Both the position numbers and the translations under genes were made by a program. The notes below the pieces were generated by a model. That model was given only the letters and a program-made list of their open reading frames with translations, was not told the DNA's origin and ran no database searches. Shown in pieces: positions 46,801-60,659 of a DNA stretch of 64,000 bases. How positions within the stretch are numbered: position 1 is the stretch's first letter; the number at the start of each line of letters is the position of its first letter. The stretch comes from Mobula hypostoma (taxonomy: Eukaryota): the NCBI RefSeq assembly GCF_963921235.1, contig NC_086097.1, positions 115,880,001 to 115,944,000 of the forward strand, given 5' to 3'.

Positions 46801-48134
46801 TTATTGGATTTTTAAAAAAAGATGATATGGCGGTCGCAGCATGAAACCATAATATGTTAGGAATTATTGCAAGGGGGAAGGAATTCCCTCAAGAGCAGGG
46901 CAATGGTATTTCAATTTTGAATTCAAGTGCAGCAGTGAGCTGTGTTGAGGTGTTCCTCCTTCATCCTTCTGTTCCATTGTGTTGGAAGCTAAAATGAGAA
47001 AACACTATTATTTTTAACTGTGGTAGATTGAAGAAGGGGCTCTTTGAGCATTAAGATATAAATTAATGGGGCACCTTCAGGACAGCTCCAGCAGCTTGAA
47101 AGCAAATGAATAGACTGGGCTTGATCTAGATCTTAGTGGAGACCATGAGATGGTAGAACCGGACATTGCATTCTGATTAAATTTGGTATTGCACTGGGGT
47201 TGGAGCAACTGGTAATAAAATCAAAACAGCAGATTAGGGGAGCTGATTGCTCAAAACCTTGAAGGCAAAACTTTGTATGTAAATTGACAAATATAACTGG
47301 TTTTAAAGAAACTATATATACAGTAAAGGCATTGCTTATAATACAAGCAGTACAAGTAAAGATAATGAAGTATGTATACTATTCTCCAGATTTTCTTTCA
47401 GTGCCTCAGGTTACACTGATGTTAAGCCACCTATCTCTTACTGCAAAAGTGAACATATCAGACTTACAAACTGGAGAAAATAATGCAATGTTGATATTCT
47501 AAAAGCAGAAGGCACCAGACAAAAATATGCCTGGTAAGAAACAAACTACGAACCTTACAGCACTGATAAAGGCTATTTGGCCCATTAATCTGCTGTTGGC
47601 CCATTGATAGAAGAAGAAAATTAGAAAGTAGAGCAGTGCAACATAGAAATATGGTGTCAATTTAAACTAACCCCATTTCTCCAGTACCTGACTTTCAATT
47701 GCTTGTATAAGTGTCTCTTAATGAGTGGATAATTTCACCCAAGTTCCAGATCTATCCCTTTGAGGTTGAAATTAGTCCACTCAATTTCATTTAACTGCAT
47801 TGTATAAATTATCACAGAATCTTGGGCTGAGCATTGCTGGTAAATATTGCTTGTTCCACATCAATAACAAAATCAGCATTTATAGCCATAAGCACAGAAA
47901 AAAATTAAAGCTGCATTCTCAAACACAGAGGTCCCAAACCTGTTGACGCATTCATCCCAGCGATCAAACAATGATTCATCAAACTTAATTTTAATTTTAT
48001 TTTATTTTGAGATACAGCATGATAACTAGTCCTTGCATGTTAACGAGCCCACGCCACTCAGCTTAACAACATTAAAGGAACTCACCTTCAATGTAATACA
48101 TTATAGCTTCCACAACCGGTCAAGTTAGAGACAG

Positions 48135-48930
48135 AGTCATAGAAAAGGGCAGCACAGAAACAGGCCCCTTGGCTGATCCAGTCTGTGCCCAAAACAAGTA
48201 AACTGCCTGCTCTCATCGACCTGCACTTGACCAAAGGCCTCCATACCCCGACTGTTCACGTACCTATCCAAACTAATCTTAAACGTTGAAATCGAGCTCG
48301 CATGTACCACTTGTGCGGGCAGCTCATTCCACACTCTCACGACCCTTTGAGTGAAGAAGTTTCCCTTCAGGTTCCCTTAAACTTCTCACATTTCACCCTT
48401 AACCCATGACCTCTGGATGTAGTCCAACCCAATTTCACTGAATAAAATCTGCTTACATTTACCCTATCTATACCCCTCATAATTTTGTATACTTCTATCA
48501 AATCTCCTCTCAATCTTCCACGTTCTAAAGAATACAGTCCTAACCTATTCAGTCTTTCCTCAGAACTCAGGTCCTCCAGACCCAGCAGCATCCTTGCAAA
48601 TTTTCTCTGTACTCTTTCAACCTTATTTACATCTTTCCTGTAGGTAAGTGACCAAAACAGCTCACAATACTTCAAATTAGTCCTCTCCAATATCTTATGC
48701 AATTTCCACATAACATCATATTTTCTGTACTCAATACTTTAATTTATGAAGGACAAAATGCCAAAAGTTTCTTTACGACCCTCTCTACAATACCTGTAAC
48801 ACTACTCTCAATGAAATATGGGCCTGTCTTCCCAGATGTCTTTGTTCTACCACACTCCTCAGTGCTCTATCATTCAACCTACCCTGGTTGGTTCTACTGA
48901 TGTGCAGGACCTCACGATTGTCTACATTGG
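48135..48930 (-). mobile_element. CR1 3' fragment
   Basis: ORF 48367-48711 YRKDVNKVERVQRKF..RGDLIEVYKIMRG. Confidence 0.85.
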
Positions 48931-49239
48931 CCCATACTGTGCTGTTATTTTCTATGTTCTGTGATATTCAGAGCAGGAAGAGGCTGGGGGAGGATCTGCA
49001 TTTCTTGTGCATAAAACATAGTAAGGCAACAGCATGTTGAGCATCTGCTCCTCAATAACCCAAAATGTTTCTTTTGTTGCAGCCATAACTGAAACGCAAA
49101 AAGAACTTCTAGATCACCTTGTGTAGAAGCTTTAATTCATGGCATTTTCAAATGTTTGCATTGTATGTTTGAGTGATATTCAAATATTAATGAGTTGGGG
49201 GCAGGGTAAAGCTGGATAAATTGGTGAATGACAAGTGTT

Positions 49240-51471
49240 TTACAAGTGTCCCACAACCTCACTTCGGAAAATTGGACCATCAGGCCGTACTCCTCCTCCA
49301 GGCTTACAAACAGAAACTGAAACGGGAAGTCACGGTGTCAAAAGTGGTGTCATGTTGGACGGAGGAAATGGATGAGGTCCTCTGTGACTGCTTTGAATCG
49401 GTGGACTCAGCGGCAGACCTCGGTGAGTATGCCTCAGCTGTCACTGACTTTATTTGGAAATGCACGGAGGAATGTGTGTCTCGCAAGACGATCCAGGTGT
49501 TCCCTAACCGGAAACCTTGGATGAATTATGAGGTCAAGTCCCTTTTAAAGGCTAGAGCTGCGGCTTTTAGGTCCGGGGATACCAGTCGCTACACGGAATC
49601 CAGGCGTGAACTCAGGAAAGCCATTAAGGGCGCCAAGAGGCAATATCGAGGCAAGTTGGAAGCCCAGGATAACCAGAGGGATGCCGGTAGACTATGGCAG
49701 GGTCTAAATGAGATCACTGGGTGCAAAGAAAAAGCTGGGAATATCAATAACTGTGGCACTTCTCTTCCTGACGAACTTAACGTATTCTATGCAAGATTGA
49801 AACAGAAGAGGAGCATCCTGCTCCCTCCGGATGAACCGGACCTGGTGGCATCGAGATTCATCGTCACCAAGGAGGATGTTAGAAGGGCCTTCCTGAAGAT
49901 AAATCCAAGGAAGGCAACGGGCCCAGATGGTGTCCCGGGACGGTTTCTCTGGGTCTGTGCAATCGAGCTAGCTGGAGTGTTTGCTGACATCTTCAACTGC
50001 TCCTTACTTCAGTCTAATATCCCCTCATGTTTTAAGAAGGCAACAATAATCCCGGTGCCAAAGAAGAGCAAGGTGGCATGCCTGAATGACTATCGACCTG
50101 TGGCTCTGACATCAACTGCTATGAAGTGCTTTGAGAGATTGGTTATGGCACACATCAACCACAGCCTACCAGTCAACCTCGACGCTTTGCAATTCGCCTA
50201 CTGGAAAAACAGGTCAACGGCAGATCCCATTTCTCTGGCCCTACATTCCTCTTTAGAACACCTGGAGAATAAAGACGCATATGTAAGGCTCCTTTTCATT
50301 GACTACAGCTCTGCCTTTAATACCATCATTCCAAATAAACAGATTCCTAAGCTCTGGAACCTGGGCCTTAGCACTCAGATCTGCAGCTGGATCTTCAACT
50401 TCCTCACAGACAGGATCCAGGCTGTAAAAATAGGGGACAAGCTCTCTTCTGCAATCATTCTGAGCACCGGTGCCCCACAAGGCTGTGTACTCAGCCCCCT
50501 GCTGTACTCACTGTATACCCATGATTGTGTAGCCAGGTTTCCATCAAACTCAATATATAAGTTTGCTGATGACACCACAATTGTAGACCGTATCTCGGGT
50601 AATGATGAGTTTGAGTACAGAGAGGAAATTAAGAACCTGGCGGCATGGTGCGAAGACAATAATCTATCCCTCAATGTCAGCAAGACTAAGGAATTGGTTT
50701 TTTGACTTCAGAAGGAGTAGCGGATCACACGATCCCATTTACATTGGTGGTGCGCAAGTGGAACAGGACAAAAGCTTTAAGTTCCTCGGGGTCAATATCA
50801 CAAGTGACCTGATTTGGTCCAACCCAGCAGAGTCCACTGCCAAGAAGGCCCACCAGCGCCTTTACTTCCTGAGAAAGTTCAAGAAATTTGGCCTGTCCCC
50901 TAAAACCCTCACTAATTTTTATAGATGCACCGTAGAAAGCATTCTTCTAGGGTGCATCACAACCTGGTACGGAAGTTTCCTGTCCAAGACCGGAAGAAGC
51001 TGCAGAAGATCGTGAACACAGCGCAGCACATCACACAAACCAACGTTCCATCCTTGGACTCACTTTACACCACACGCTGTCAGAGCAGTGCTGCCAGGAT
51101 AATCAAGGACACGACCCACCCAGCCTACACACTTTTCATCCCTCTTCCCTCCGGGAGAAGGCTCAGGAGCTTGAAGACTCATACGGCCAGATTTGGGGAC
51201 AGCTGCTTTCCAACTGTGATAAGACTGCTGAACGGATCCTGACCCGGATCTGAGCCATACCCTCCAAATATCCAGACCTGCCTCTCAGTTTTTTTGCACT
51301 ACCTTACTTTCCATTTTCTATTTTCTATTTATGATTTATAATTTAAATTTTTAATATTTACTATCAATTTGTATTCCAGGGAGCGGGAAGCGCAGAATCA
51401 AATATCGCTGTGATGATTGTACATTCTAGTATCAATTGTTTGGCGACAATAAGGTATAAAGAATAAAGTAT
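49240..51471 (+). mobile_element. Rex1/Babar LINE (end of EN, RT, C-terminus) with two frameshifts
   Basis: ORF 49221-50705 [41 protein letters not shown]; continues in 50602-51015 and 50925-51242. Confidence 0.93.
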
Positions 51472-51663
51472 TTGTCATAATCTTCAGCATCAGATTCAGT
51501 GCATCTTAGAAGCAATTAATATCTCATCAAATCCTGTGCTGATTAACTGTTTTTAAATGAACTCTACTACTGCAAAAATAGTTCAGGTGTGAGGTGCAAT
51601 GGTCAGATATAAATCTGAGTTAAAGCTACCGCATGACCCTGGAAGAATAATTTAGTCACAACA

Positions 51664-51923
51664 CAAACAAGAGAAATTCTGCAGATGCTGAAAATCTGAG
51701 CAACACATACAAAATGCAGGAGGAACTCAGCAGGCCAGGCAGCATCTATGGGAAAAAAAACACAGTCGACATTTCGGGTTGGACTCCTCCACTCATCTTT
51801 AAAATCTACTTCTCAGCTTTTTTCTCCACCAGTCCTGAGAAGGGTTTTGGCCTGTAACATCGACTGTGCTTTTTTCCATAGGTGCTGCCTGGCCTGCTGA
51901 GTTCCTCCAGCATTCTGTGTGTG
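51664..51923. mobile_element. Short fold-back PLE end, older copy
   Basis: Inverted PLE termini; TTAGTCACAACA (51652-51663) and TTAGTCTCAACA (51924-51935), 11/12 match. Confidence 0.75.
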
Positions 51924-54589
51924 TTAGTCTCAACATAGTTCAGGATAATAGCGTAGATTTGATTTAGTTTTTAATTCCTAATGTTTAGGATATTTGCTTC
52001 AGTTGCTTAGGCTTGATTTAATATAACTATTCCTTAAGCTTCAGTAGTTGTGTTATAATGCATAAAATAAAGGCAGTCAGTCCAGATTTGCTGAACCTGC
52101 TAGACTTTAAAATACTTCAATGCCAATTCCTGAAGAAAAACTGCTAATTAGCTCTTATCACGAAAAAAAATGCTACATTTTTAAATTAACACAGTGGCCT
52201 ACTAGTTTGCCAACATTTTCATTTCTTTTAAATTGGCTTGGGATTGTATGTCAACACTAGAACAAATTGTGTTTGATACAGATGAAGCAAATATGAGTGA
52301 ACCTAAATTAGTTTTGATGCAAGAGTCACTAACAATCTCCCTTTCACTTTACCTGTACAACTATTCTGGGGTGCTAGTGAAGAGCCCTGTTCAAAAAGTG
52401 AGCTCATGTTTATTCGAATATTTATGCAGAAAGGATGTCAAATGGAACAATCAGAATTTCTGAAAGAAATGGAACCATGAGAATTCTAAAAAAATACAAA
52501 TTGATTCCATTGGCAGACGATTTTATGAATGCTAGAGTAATTATCTAATGAATGTCTGAATTAGAGCATTTGATCTTTTCATTCAGCAGATATAAACCGA
52601 TCATGATAAGCAAATTACTAGAAAAATATGTGTTACTTAATCCATTATTTTGAAATGAATAATACAAACAATGATAGTCAGTCTATCAGGGAAAGGTTGT
52701 TACTGAAGTGGGTAGTGAGGACAGAAATCTACATCTGATGTGAATTTCAGCAAGATTCTTGATAATGCCTCTTCCAGATGACAGATCATAAATATAATAA
52801 TTGGTACCAAAGCTGGGTCGGTGAGAAGTAGCAAAGGGTAAACGTTAGTAATGTTTCTTGTGTACGGGGAGGCTGTGCACAACGGAGTTCCACCCAGCTT
52901 ACTACTAATGCCTTTGTGTTGTAGGGTATGCATTAAATGATGTGTCTTGATTAAAAAGTTACCAACTAATGCAAAAATTGGCTTTATATTTGATGGTGAG
53001 GAAGAAAGGTGAATAGCACAGGAAAACGTCAAAGGTTTATATGTCAGGTTCTTACAAAACCAGCAAACAGATTTCAGGAAAGAGGTAGGACGAGCATCAG
53101 AAATTGCAGAGCAGTAGTAACTTTATGAAGGTAAGCAGACAGTTAGGGAGGGATAGTAATAAGGGGACATCAGTGGCAAACATGCATTTGCCCTCTTTAA
53201 GTGGTTCCATGGACAATAAGTTTTTATGTCTTTGGAGGTCAGCTTGTCTCTTTCACATTAAAATACAAATGCCAGAGATGCCTTCATATCCGGTTTGTTC
53301 AATTGATTCTCTTCTGAGCCCAGGAGCTAAGCACAAAGCCACTGGGCCTACTAAAAGATCACTGACCATGGCTGAAACAGCAAGAAGTGATTTGTTTTTT
53401 TGCTTATTTCACCATATCTTTATGTTTTTATATTAAGTTTGTTGCTTTAGAATAGTGGTTCCCAAAGTGGGTGATGTAGCCCTCCAGGGGCTGTATTACT
53501 GCAGTGGGGGCAGCAGACATTTCTAAGGGTGTGACAAAAATAAAGGGGGTGGCGGGGGTGGGGTTGGTAGCAAGGGGAGCAGCTGAGGGATTACAGATTT
53601 TAATGAAGAAATGAATTACTTATTATAAGCATTTGATCCTCAGTGCCTCATAGTTGATTACAATGACCACATAGTCACCTCATTTCTTGCTAAACTACAC
53701 TTCACTTGGTCAGCACTTCGCAACAAAACAGCAATGGTTTTCATGCTTCATACATTTCTCATTGTTGGATCTGGAGAGCCCCATACAATTAGAGAAGAAC
53801 TGATTCCGTCAGTAGTAAAAGGAGGCACTGAGTATGGTTTTGCAAAAATTACCAGACCAAGTAATTAAAGTGATTCCACTCAGCAGCAACTCTGTTCAAA
53901 GATGAGTAGAGGAAATGTCTGAGAATGTGGAAGAAAAATTGTGCATCATACTTAAGAAAGCAGAATTTGCTCTGCAGCTGGATGAGTCAACTTTGCCAGG
54001 CAACAGAACTTTGCTTCTTGGTTATGTCTGCTTCAAAAAGGGTGAAAGCATTGTTCAAGATTTGCTATTTACAAGGATATTAGAAGCAGATAGTTAGGGG
54101 GGGGTCAATATTTTGGGTTATTGAGCAATTATTCAAACAAAGGACAGACCACTCACCAATATTCTTTCTTGAACAACAGATGGGGCACTATCAAAAACAG
54201 AATGCCACCATAGGGTTATTACCTTCTGGAAAAAATGCTGAACCTGACATATTTACCATTCACTGTGTAATTCACAAACATCTTGTTGCTAAGAACTATG
54301 TGATTGGCTGCACAAATCATTAAATATTGTCATCACAGCGGTAAATAAAATCAACTCCTCTATTTTCAATTCTCAACTATTTTGAAAGAGTTGTATTGAG
54401 AATGATGAAGAGTTTGAATCCTTGTAGTTGCACACAGAAGTCAGATGGCTCTCAAAAGGAAACTGCCTGCAGTCCTTTTACATGCTTCTTGAAGACTCAA
54501 ATGCTGCATTCAGTAATCAACTCAATATTGCTTATTTGTCAGAATTATTTGCAATCCTTAATGAAGGAAATGTTGATCTGCAAGAAATG

Positions 54590-57500
54590 AACGTAGGTTT
54601 GCTAGAGCTGTTAGGGAGGGTTTAAACTAGTTTGGCAGGGGGGTGGGAATCAGAATGTGAGTCCAGAGATTAGGATAGAAGGACGAGGGCATGATGCTAT
54701 GTGTTCTGAGTTGGTGAGGAAGGACAGACAAGGGACAAAGCATAAATGTAGCCAATTAGAAGGGTTGAAACGTGTCTACTTCAACGCTAGGAGTATAAGG
54801 AATAAAGGGGATGAACTTAGAGCATGGATCAGTGGGTGGAACTATGATGTTGTGGCCATTACTGAAACTTGGCTGGAAGAAGGGCAGGATTGGCTGATGC
54901 AGGTACCGGGGTTTTGGTGTTTTAAAAGGAATAGGATGAGAGGTAGAAAAGGTGTGTGTGGGGGGGTGTGGGGTAGCATTACTGGTCAAGGATAGTACCA
55001 TGGCTATAGAAAGGGAGGATGCTACGGAGGGAGTGTCCACTGAGTCGGTGTGAGTGGAAGTCAGAAATAGGAAGGGATCAATAACTGTGCTGGGAGTAGT
55101 CTATAGGCCCCCAAATAGCTCTTGGGACACCGAGGAGCAGATAAGCAGGCAGATTTTAGAATGGTGCAGGAAATACAGGGTTGTAGTTATGGGTGATTTC
55201 AACTTCCCTCATATTGACTGGCTCCTCCTGACTGCAATGAGGATAGATGGGGCTGAATTTGTCAGGTGTGTTCAAGAAGGATTCCAGACACGGTATGTGG
55301 ACCAGTCGACGAGAGGAGAGGCCATACTGGATCTAGTTCTGGGTAATGAACCTGGTCAGGTGGCAGACCTCTTGGTGGGGGACCATTTTAGTGAGAGTGA
55401 CCACAACCCCCTTAGCTTCAGCATAACTATGGAAAAAGATAAAAACAGACAAAATAGGAAAGTGCTTAACTGGGGAAGTGCTAACTATGAAGGGATGAGG
55501 CAGGAACTAGCGAGAGTACATTGGAAACAGATGTTCAAGGGTGAAAGCACAGAAGTAATGTGGAGGAAGTTTAGGGACCACTTGTGCTGGGTTCAGGATA
55601 GGTTTGTCCCACTGAGACAAGGAAAAAATGTTAAGAAAAGGGAACTGTAGCTGATGAAACATGTGAGGCAGCTCATCAAGAGGAAGAAGGAAGCCTATGT
55701 TAGATATAAGAAGCAAGAAACAGGAGGGGCTCATGAGAAATATAGGGTAGCCAGGAAGGAGATTAAGAAAGGACTTAGGAGAGCTTAAAGGGAGCATGAG
55801 AAGGCCTTGGCATGTAGAATTAAGGAGCACACCAAGGCATTCTATGCGTTTGTGAAGAACAGAAGGATGACAAGAATGAAGGTGGGGCCTGGAGGTGGAG
55901 GAGGTTAGGGAGGTCCTAAGTGAATACTTTGCTTCAGTATTCACAAGTGAAAAGGACCTTTATCAGGGTGAGGTTGAAATAGAACAGGCCTGTGTGCTGG
56001 ACAATGTGGAGATTAAGGAAGAAGAAGTGTTGGATCTTCTTAAAAACATCAAAATTGGTAAGTCCCCAGGGCCGGATACACAAGGTTGCTGTGGGAAGTG
56101 GGAAGCTGGAGCAGGAGCTATGACCTTTGAATCCTCTTTGGCTGCAGGGCAGGTGCAAGAGGATTGAATAATAGCAAATGTAGTTCCCTTGCTTCAAAAA
56201 AGTAATAGGGAGAATCCTGGGAACTATAGACCGGTGAGTCTTACGTCGGTGGTCTGCAAGCTATTGAAAAGAATTCTTAGGAATAGGATCTATGAGCACT
56301 TGGAGAAGTACAGTCTACTCAAGGATAGTTGACATGGCTTTGTGAAGGGAAGATCGTGCCTCATGAGCCTAATTGAGTTTTTTGAGGAGGTAACAAAAGA
56401 AATTGATGAGGGTAGTGTGGTAGATATGGTCTACATGGATTTTAGTAAGGCATTTGACAAGGTCCCACACGAGAGAGACATCCAGAAAGTCATGAGGCAT
56501 GGGATCAGTGGAACCTTGGCTGTTCAGATAAAAGAATTGGCTTAAAGGAAGAAAGCAGAGGGTAGTAGTGGAAAGAAAGTATTCTGCCTGGAGGTCAGTG
56601 ACTAGTGGAGTGCCGCAAGGATCTGTCCTGGGACCCCTGCTCTTTGTGATTTTTATAAGTGACCTGGATGAAGAGGCGGAAGGATTGGTGAGTAAGTTTG
56701 CGGATGACGCAAATTTTGGAGGAGTTGTGGATTGAGCTGTAGGTTGTCGAAGGTTACAAGAGGATATAGACAGGATGCAAAGTTAGACAGAAAAGTGGCA
56801 GATGGAGTTCAATCTGGATAAGTGTGAGGTGATGCATTTTGGAAGGACAAACCAGAAGGCTAAGTACAGGGTTAATGGTTGGTTACTTAAGAGTGTGAAT
56901 GAACAGAGGGACCTTGGAGTTCAAATCCATACATCCCTCAAGGTTGCTGCACAGGTTGATAGGATATTTATGAAGCCCTATGGGGTGCTAGGCTTCATTA
57001 ATAGGGGGATTGAGTTCAAGAGTAGAGAGGTCATGTTGCAACTCTACAAATCTCTGGTGAGACCACACTTGGAGTATTGTGTTCAGTTCTGGTCATCTCA
57101 TTATAAGAAGGATGTGGAAGCTATGGAGGGGGTGCAGTGGAGATTTACCAGGATGTTGCCTGGATTGGAAAACAAATTTTATGAGGCAAGGTTAGCGGAG
57201 CTGGGACTTTTCTCTTTGGAGCGTAAAAGGATGAGAGGGGACTTGATAGAGGTCTACAAGATTATGAGAGGCACAGATAGGGTGGATAGCCAGTACCTGT
57301 TTCCCAGGGCACGAATAGCAAACACCAGAGGGCATATGTACAAAGTTAATGGAGGGAAGTTTAGGGGAGACATCAAGGGTGAGTTTTTTACACAGAGGAT
57401 TGTGAGTGCCTGGAATTACTTGCCAGGAATGGTGGTGGAGGCTAAAACATTAGGGGTATTTAAGAGCCTCTTGGACAGGCACATGGATGAAAGAAAAATA

Positions 57501-57617
57501 GAGGGTTACGGGGTAGTGTGAATTTAGTACTTTTTTTAAGGAATATATGGGTCGGCACAACATTGAGGGCAGAAGGGCCTGTACTGTGCTGTAGTATTCT
57601 AGTGTCTAGTGTCTAGT
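54590..57617 (+). mobile_element. CR1 LINE (ORF1 end plus disrupted ORF2) inside the hAT element
   Basis: RFARAVREGLN*; EN pieces 54657-54995 and 55054-55650; RT pieces to 57521; (TCTAGTG)n tail. Confidence 0.93.
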
Positions 57618-57840
57618 ATCATATCACAGTCAAACCATTTGTTACATTTCTAAACAAGTTAACCCAACTTAAGTGCAACATTAGCTGCTGTGATTTTCTC
57701 CAATTTCCCAGCCTCTCTAAGTTGGAAGAGAAAGAAGCAATACCAGGTGATGAACTTCAGGTATATTGTGTTCACCTCAGTGAGCTGCAGAGACGTATCA
57801 GAGAGATTTCAGGATCTTCTCTCAATCTAAATTCTACTTT

Positions 57841-59070
57841 GGACAATAGACAATAGACAATAGGTGCAGGAGTAGGCCATTCGGCCTTTCGAGCCAGCAA
57901 GCTCCGTTCACTGTGATCATACCTGATCATCCACAATCAGCACCCTGCTCCTGCCTTCTTCCCATATCCCTTGACTCCACTATCTTTAAGAGCTCTATCT
58001 AACTCTTTCTTGAAAGCATCCAGAGAATTGGCCTCCACTGTCTTCTGAGGCAGAGAATTCCACAGAACCACAACTCTCTGGGTGAAAAAGTTTTTCCTCA
58101 ACTCTGTTCTAAATGGCCTACCCCTTACTCTTAAACTGTGGACTCTGGTTCTGGACTCACCCAACATCGGGAACGTGTTTCCTGCCTCTAGCATGTCCAA
58201 TCCCTTAATAATCTTATAAGTTTCAATCAGATCCCCTCTCATCCTTCTAAATTCCAGTGGATACAAGCCCAGTCGCTCCAATCTTTCAACATGCCACAGT
58301 CCCGCCATCCCAGGAATTAACCTCGTTAATCTACGCTGCACTCCCTCAATAGCAAGAATGTCCTTCCTCAAATTTGGAGACCAAAATTGCACACAATACT
58401 CCAGGTGGGGTCTCACCAGGGCCCTGTACAGCTGCAGAAGGACCTCTTTGCTCCTATACTCAATTCCCCTTGTTATGAAGGCCAACATGCCATTAGCTTC
58501 TTCACTGCCTGCTGTACCTGCATGTTTACTTTCAGTGACTGATGAACAAGGACGCCCAAATCTTGTTGTACTTCCCCTTTTCCTAACTTGACACCATTCA
58601 CATAGTAATCTGCCTTCCTGTCCTTGCCTCCAAAGTGGATAACCTCACATTTATCCACATTAAACTGCATCTGCCATGCATCTGCCTACTCACCCAGCCT
58701 GTCCAAGTCACCCTGAATTCTCATAACATCCTCCTCACTTTTCACACTGCCACTCAGCTTTGTGTCATCTGCAAATTTGCTAATGTTACTTTTAATCCCT
58801 TCATCTAAATTATTAATGTATCTTGTAAATAGCTGCGGTCCCAGAACCGAGCCTTGTGGTACCACACTAGTCACTGCCTGCCATTCTGAAAGGGACCTGT
58901 TAATCCCTACTCTTTGTTTCCTGTCTACCAACCAATTTTCTATCCATGTCAGTACCCTATCCCAATACACGTACTCCAATTTTGCCCACTAATCTCCTAT
59001 GTGGGACCTTAACAAAGGCTTTCTGAAAATCCAGGTACACTACATCCACTGGATCTCCCTTGTCCATTTT
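57841..59070 (-). mobile_element. CR1 LINE RT/3' fragment inside the hAT element
   Basis: ORFs 58686-58979 (QGSVLGP, FADD) and 57937-58488; (TATTGTC)n tail. Confidence 0.9.
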
Positions 59071-60189
59071 CTTTTTGGGTAGTAAATCAATTCCTGAACA
59101 CTTGTAATGAGGAATTAATGGGAGGATGGAGGAAGAACTGATCTCTCTACAAAACTGACTGAGTTGAAACTGAGGTTCAGAAGATCATATCAAGACATTT
59201 GGTTGTATTTGGTTCTTCCTGCACTTTAGAAGAAGTTCAATGTATTATTTATGGCCTTTTCAACATATTTAGTGGAGAGTATTTTCAGTGCAGCCACCTA
59301 ATTTCTTACAAAGCAATGAAACACACTTGCAAATTACTGAACATGGGAATCTGAGACTCCTTCTGAGTGACATTCAGCCTGATGTTGAGAAGCTGAGATC
59401 ACTGCACCAAGCCCATCCATCTCATTGAAAGGTGAAAAATCAGTGAAGTAGTTGGACTACTAATGTAATGTACACTCTGAAATTGTTGACAAATTACTTT
59501 TAACTATAATTAAATAAAGAATGTTTTTATTTGTAGCTTTAAATCGATTTTAATGCACGTACAATACATGACAAATGATGTATTGTATTATACATGCATA
59601 CTTTGACAATAAAATGAATCTTTGAACCTTGAAATATTTTTTGCAATTATTTGTCACTGCTTTCAACTTTCAGTTCCTATTTCCTTTCACTATTCATCTT
59701 AAGTAAAACTTCTTTCTAGCTTTTACGTAATGGCTGGAAAAGGAAAGGTGAGCACTGAGGTTGTGGTTTCAGAGCCAAGGGGGCAGTAACCCAAAAAAGA
59801 TTGGGTACCACTGCTTTAGAGTATCTGAAGTAAATTTAGCATTACTAATACTTTAATTATTGTTTTCAATTAAGTATCTTAAATCTTTGGTTAGAACACA
59901 TTTAATTCATCTTCCACCTGAGTAGACTACAACCCGATAGTATGAACACTGAATTTTTCAACTTCACTTAACAGCATTCCCTGAGCTCCCTTCTCTCTCC
60001 TGTTCTCCATACCACCCACTTCCAACTCACCAGTCCCCGTTATCCAATTTCATTCTCTTCCCCCACCCGGTTCTACCTGTCATCACCCGCACACTGGAAT
60101 TTTTGGTTCTCCTGTCACCTCCTTCAAATAATTTTATCACTCCCTTATTCATAGGGTGACAGAGTCACAGAGCAATGCAATCTACATAT

Positions 60190-60657
60190 GCACTCAATGG
60201 CCATGTTATTGGATATCTCTTATATCTAGTAAAGTTGCCACTGTGAGTATGTTCACGGTCTTCTGCAGTTGTAACTCATCCTCATTGTGCTTTCAGAGAT
60301 AAGCTGTACACTGCTGTTGTAACACATCGTCATCTGAGCACCTGTCAGCTTGAACCAGTCTGGCCATTCTCCTCTGACCATTCTCGTTAGCAAGACATTT
60401 TTGCCCGCAAAACTGTTGCGTACTGGATGTTTTTTTTTATTTTTGCACCATTCTGTGTAAACTCTTGGGAACATTGTGATTGAGAATGCAAAAGATCAGC
60501 AGTTTCAGAGATACTCAAACCACCTCATCTGGCACCAATACGGATTCCACTGAGATCATATTTCTTCCCCATCCTGATGTTTGTTCTGTGCAAGAATTTA
60601 ATCACTTGACCATGTCTATATGCTTTTATACATCGAGTTGCTGCCACCTGATTGGCT
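60190..60657. mobile_element. Non-autonomous Tc1-like repeat remnant
   Basis: CACTCAATGGCCA..TTATT terminus; minus remnant RVYTEWC..KHPVR..RGEWPDWF; similar to 33950-34230. Confidence 0.5.
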
Positions 60658-60659
60658 CA

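Larger units (their letters stand above)
53453..59813 (+). mobile_element. hAT (Buster/Charlie-type) DNA transposon with decayed transposase, split by two CR1 insertions
   Basis: TIRs TAGTGGTTCCCAA / TTGGGTACCACTG; TSD CTTTAGAA (53445-53452) and CTTTAGAG (59814-59821) with central TA; FALQLDEST, TDGA, HCVIH, HTEVRWLSKG, C-terminal QAHPSH* near 59428. Confidence 0.88.

Noticed and set aside
7028..50705. RT ORFs as retron, DGR or group II intron systems
   Set aside because: All carry non-LTR LINE signatures (APE domain or CR1/Rex1 C-termini, microsatellite tails, 5' truncation).
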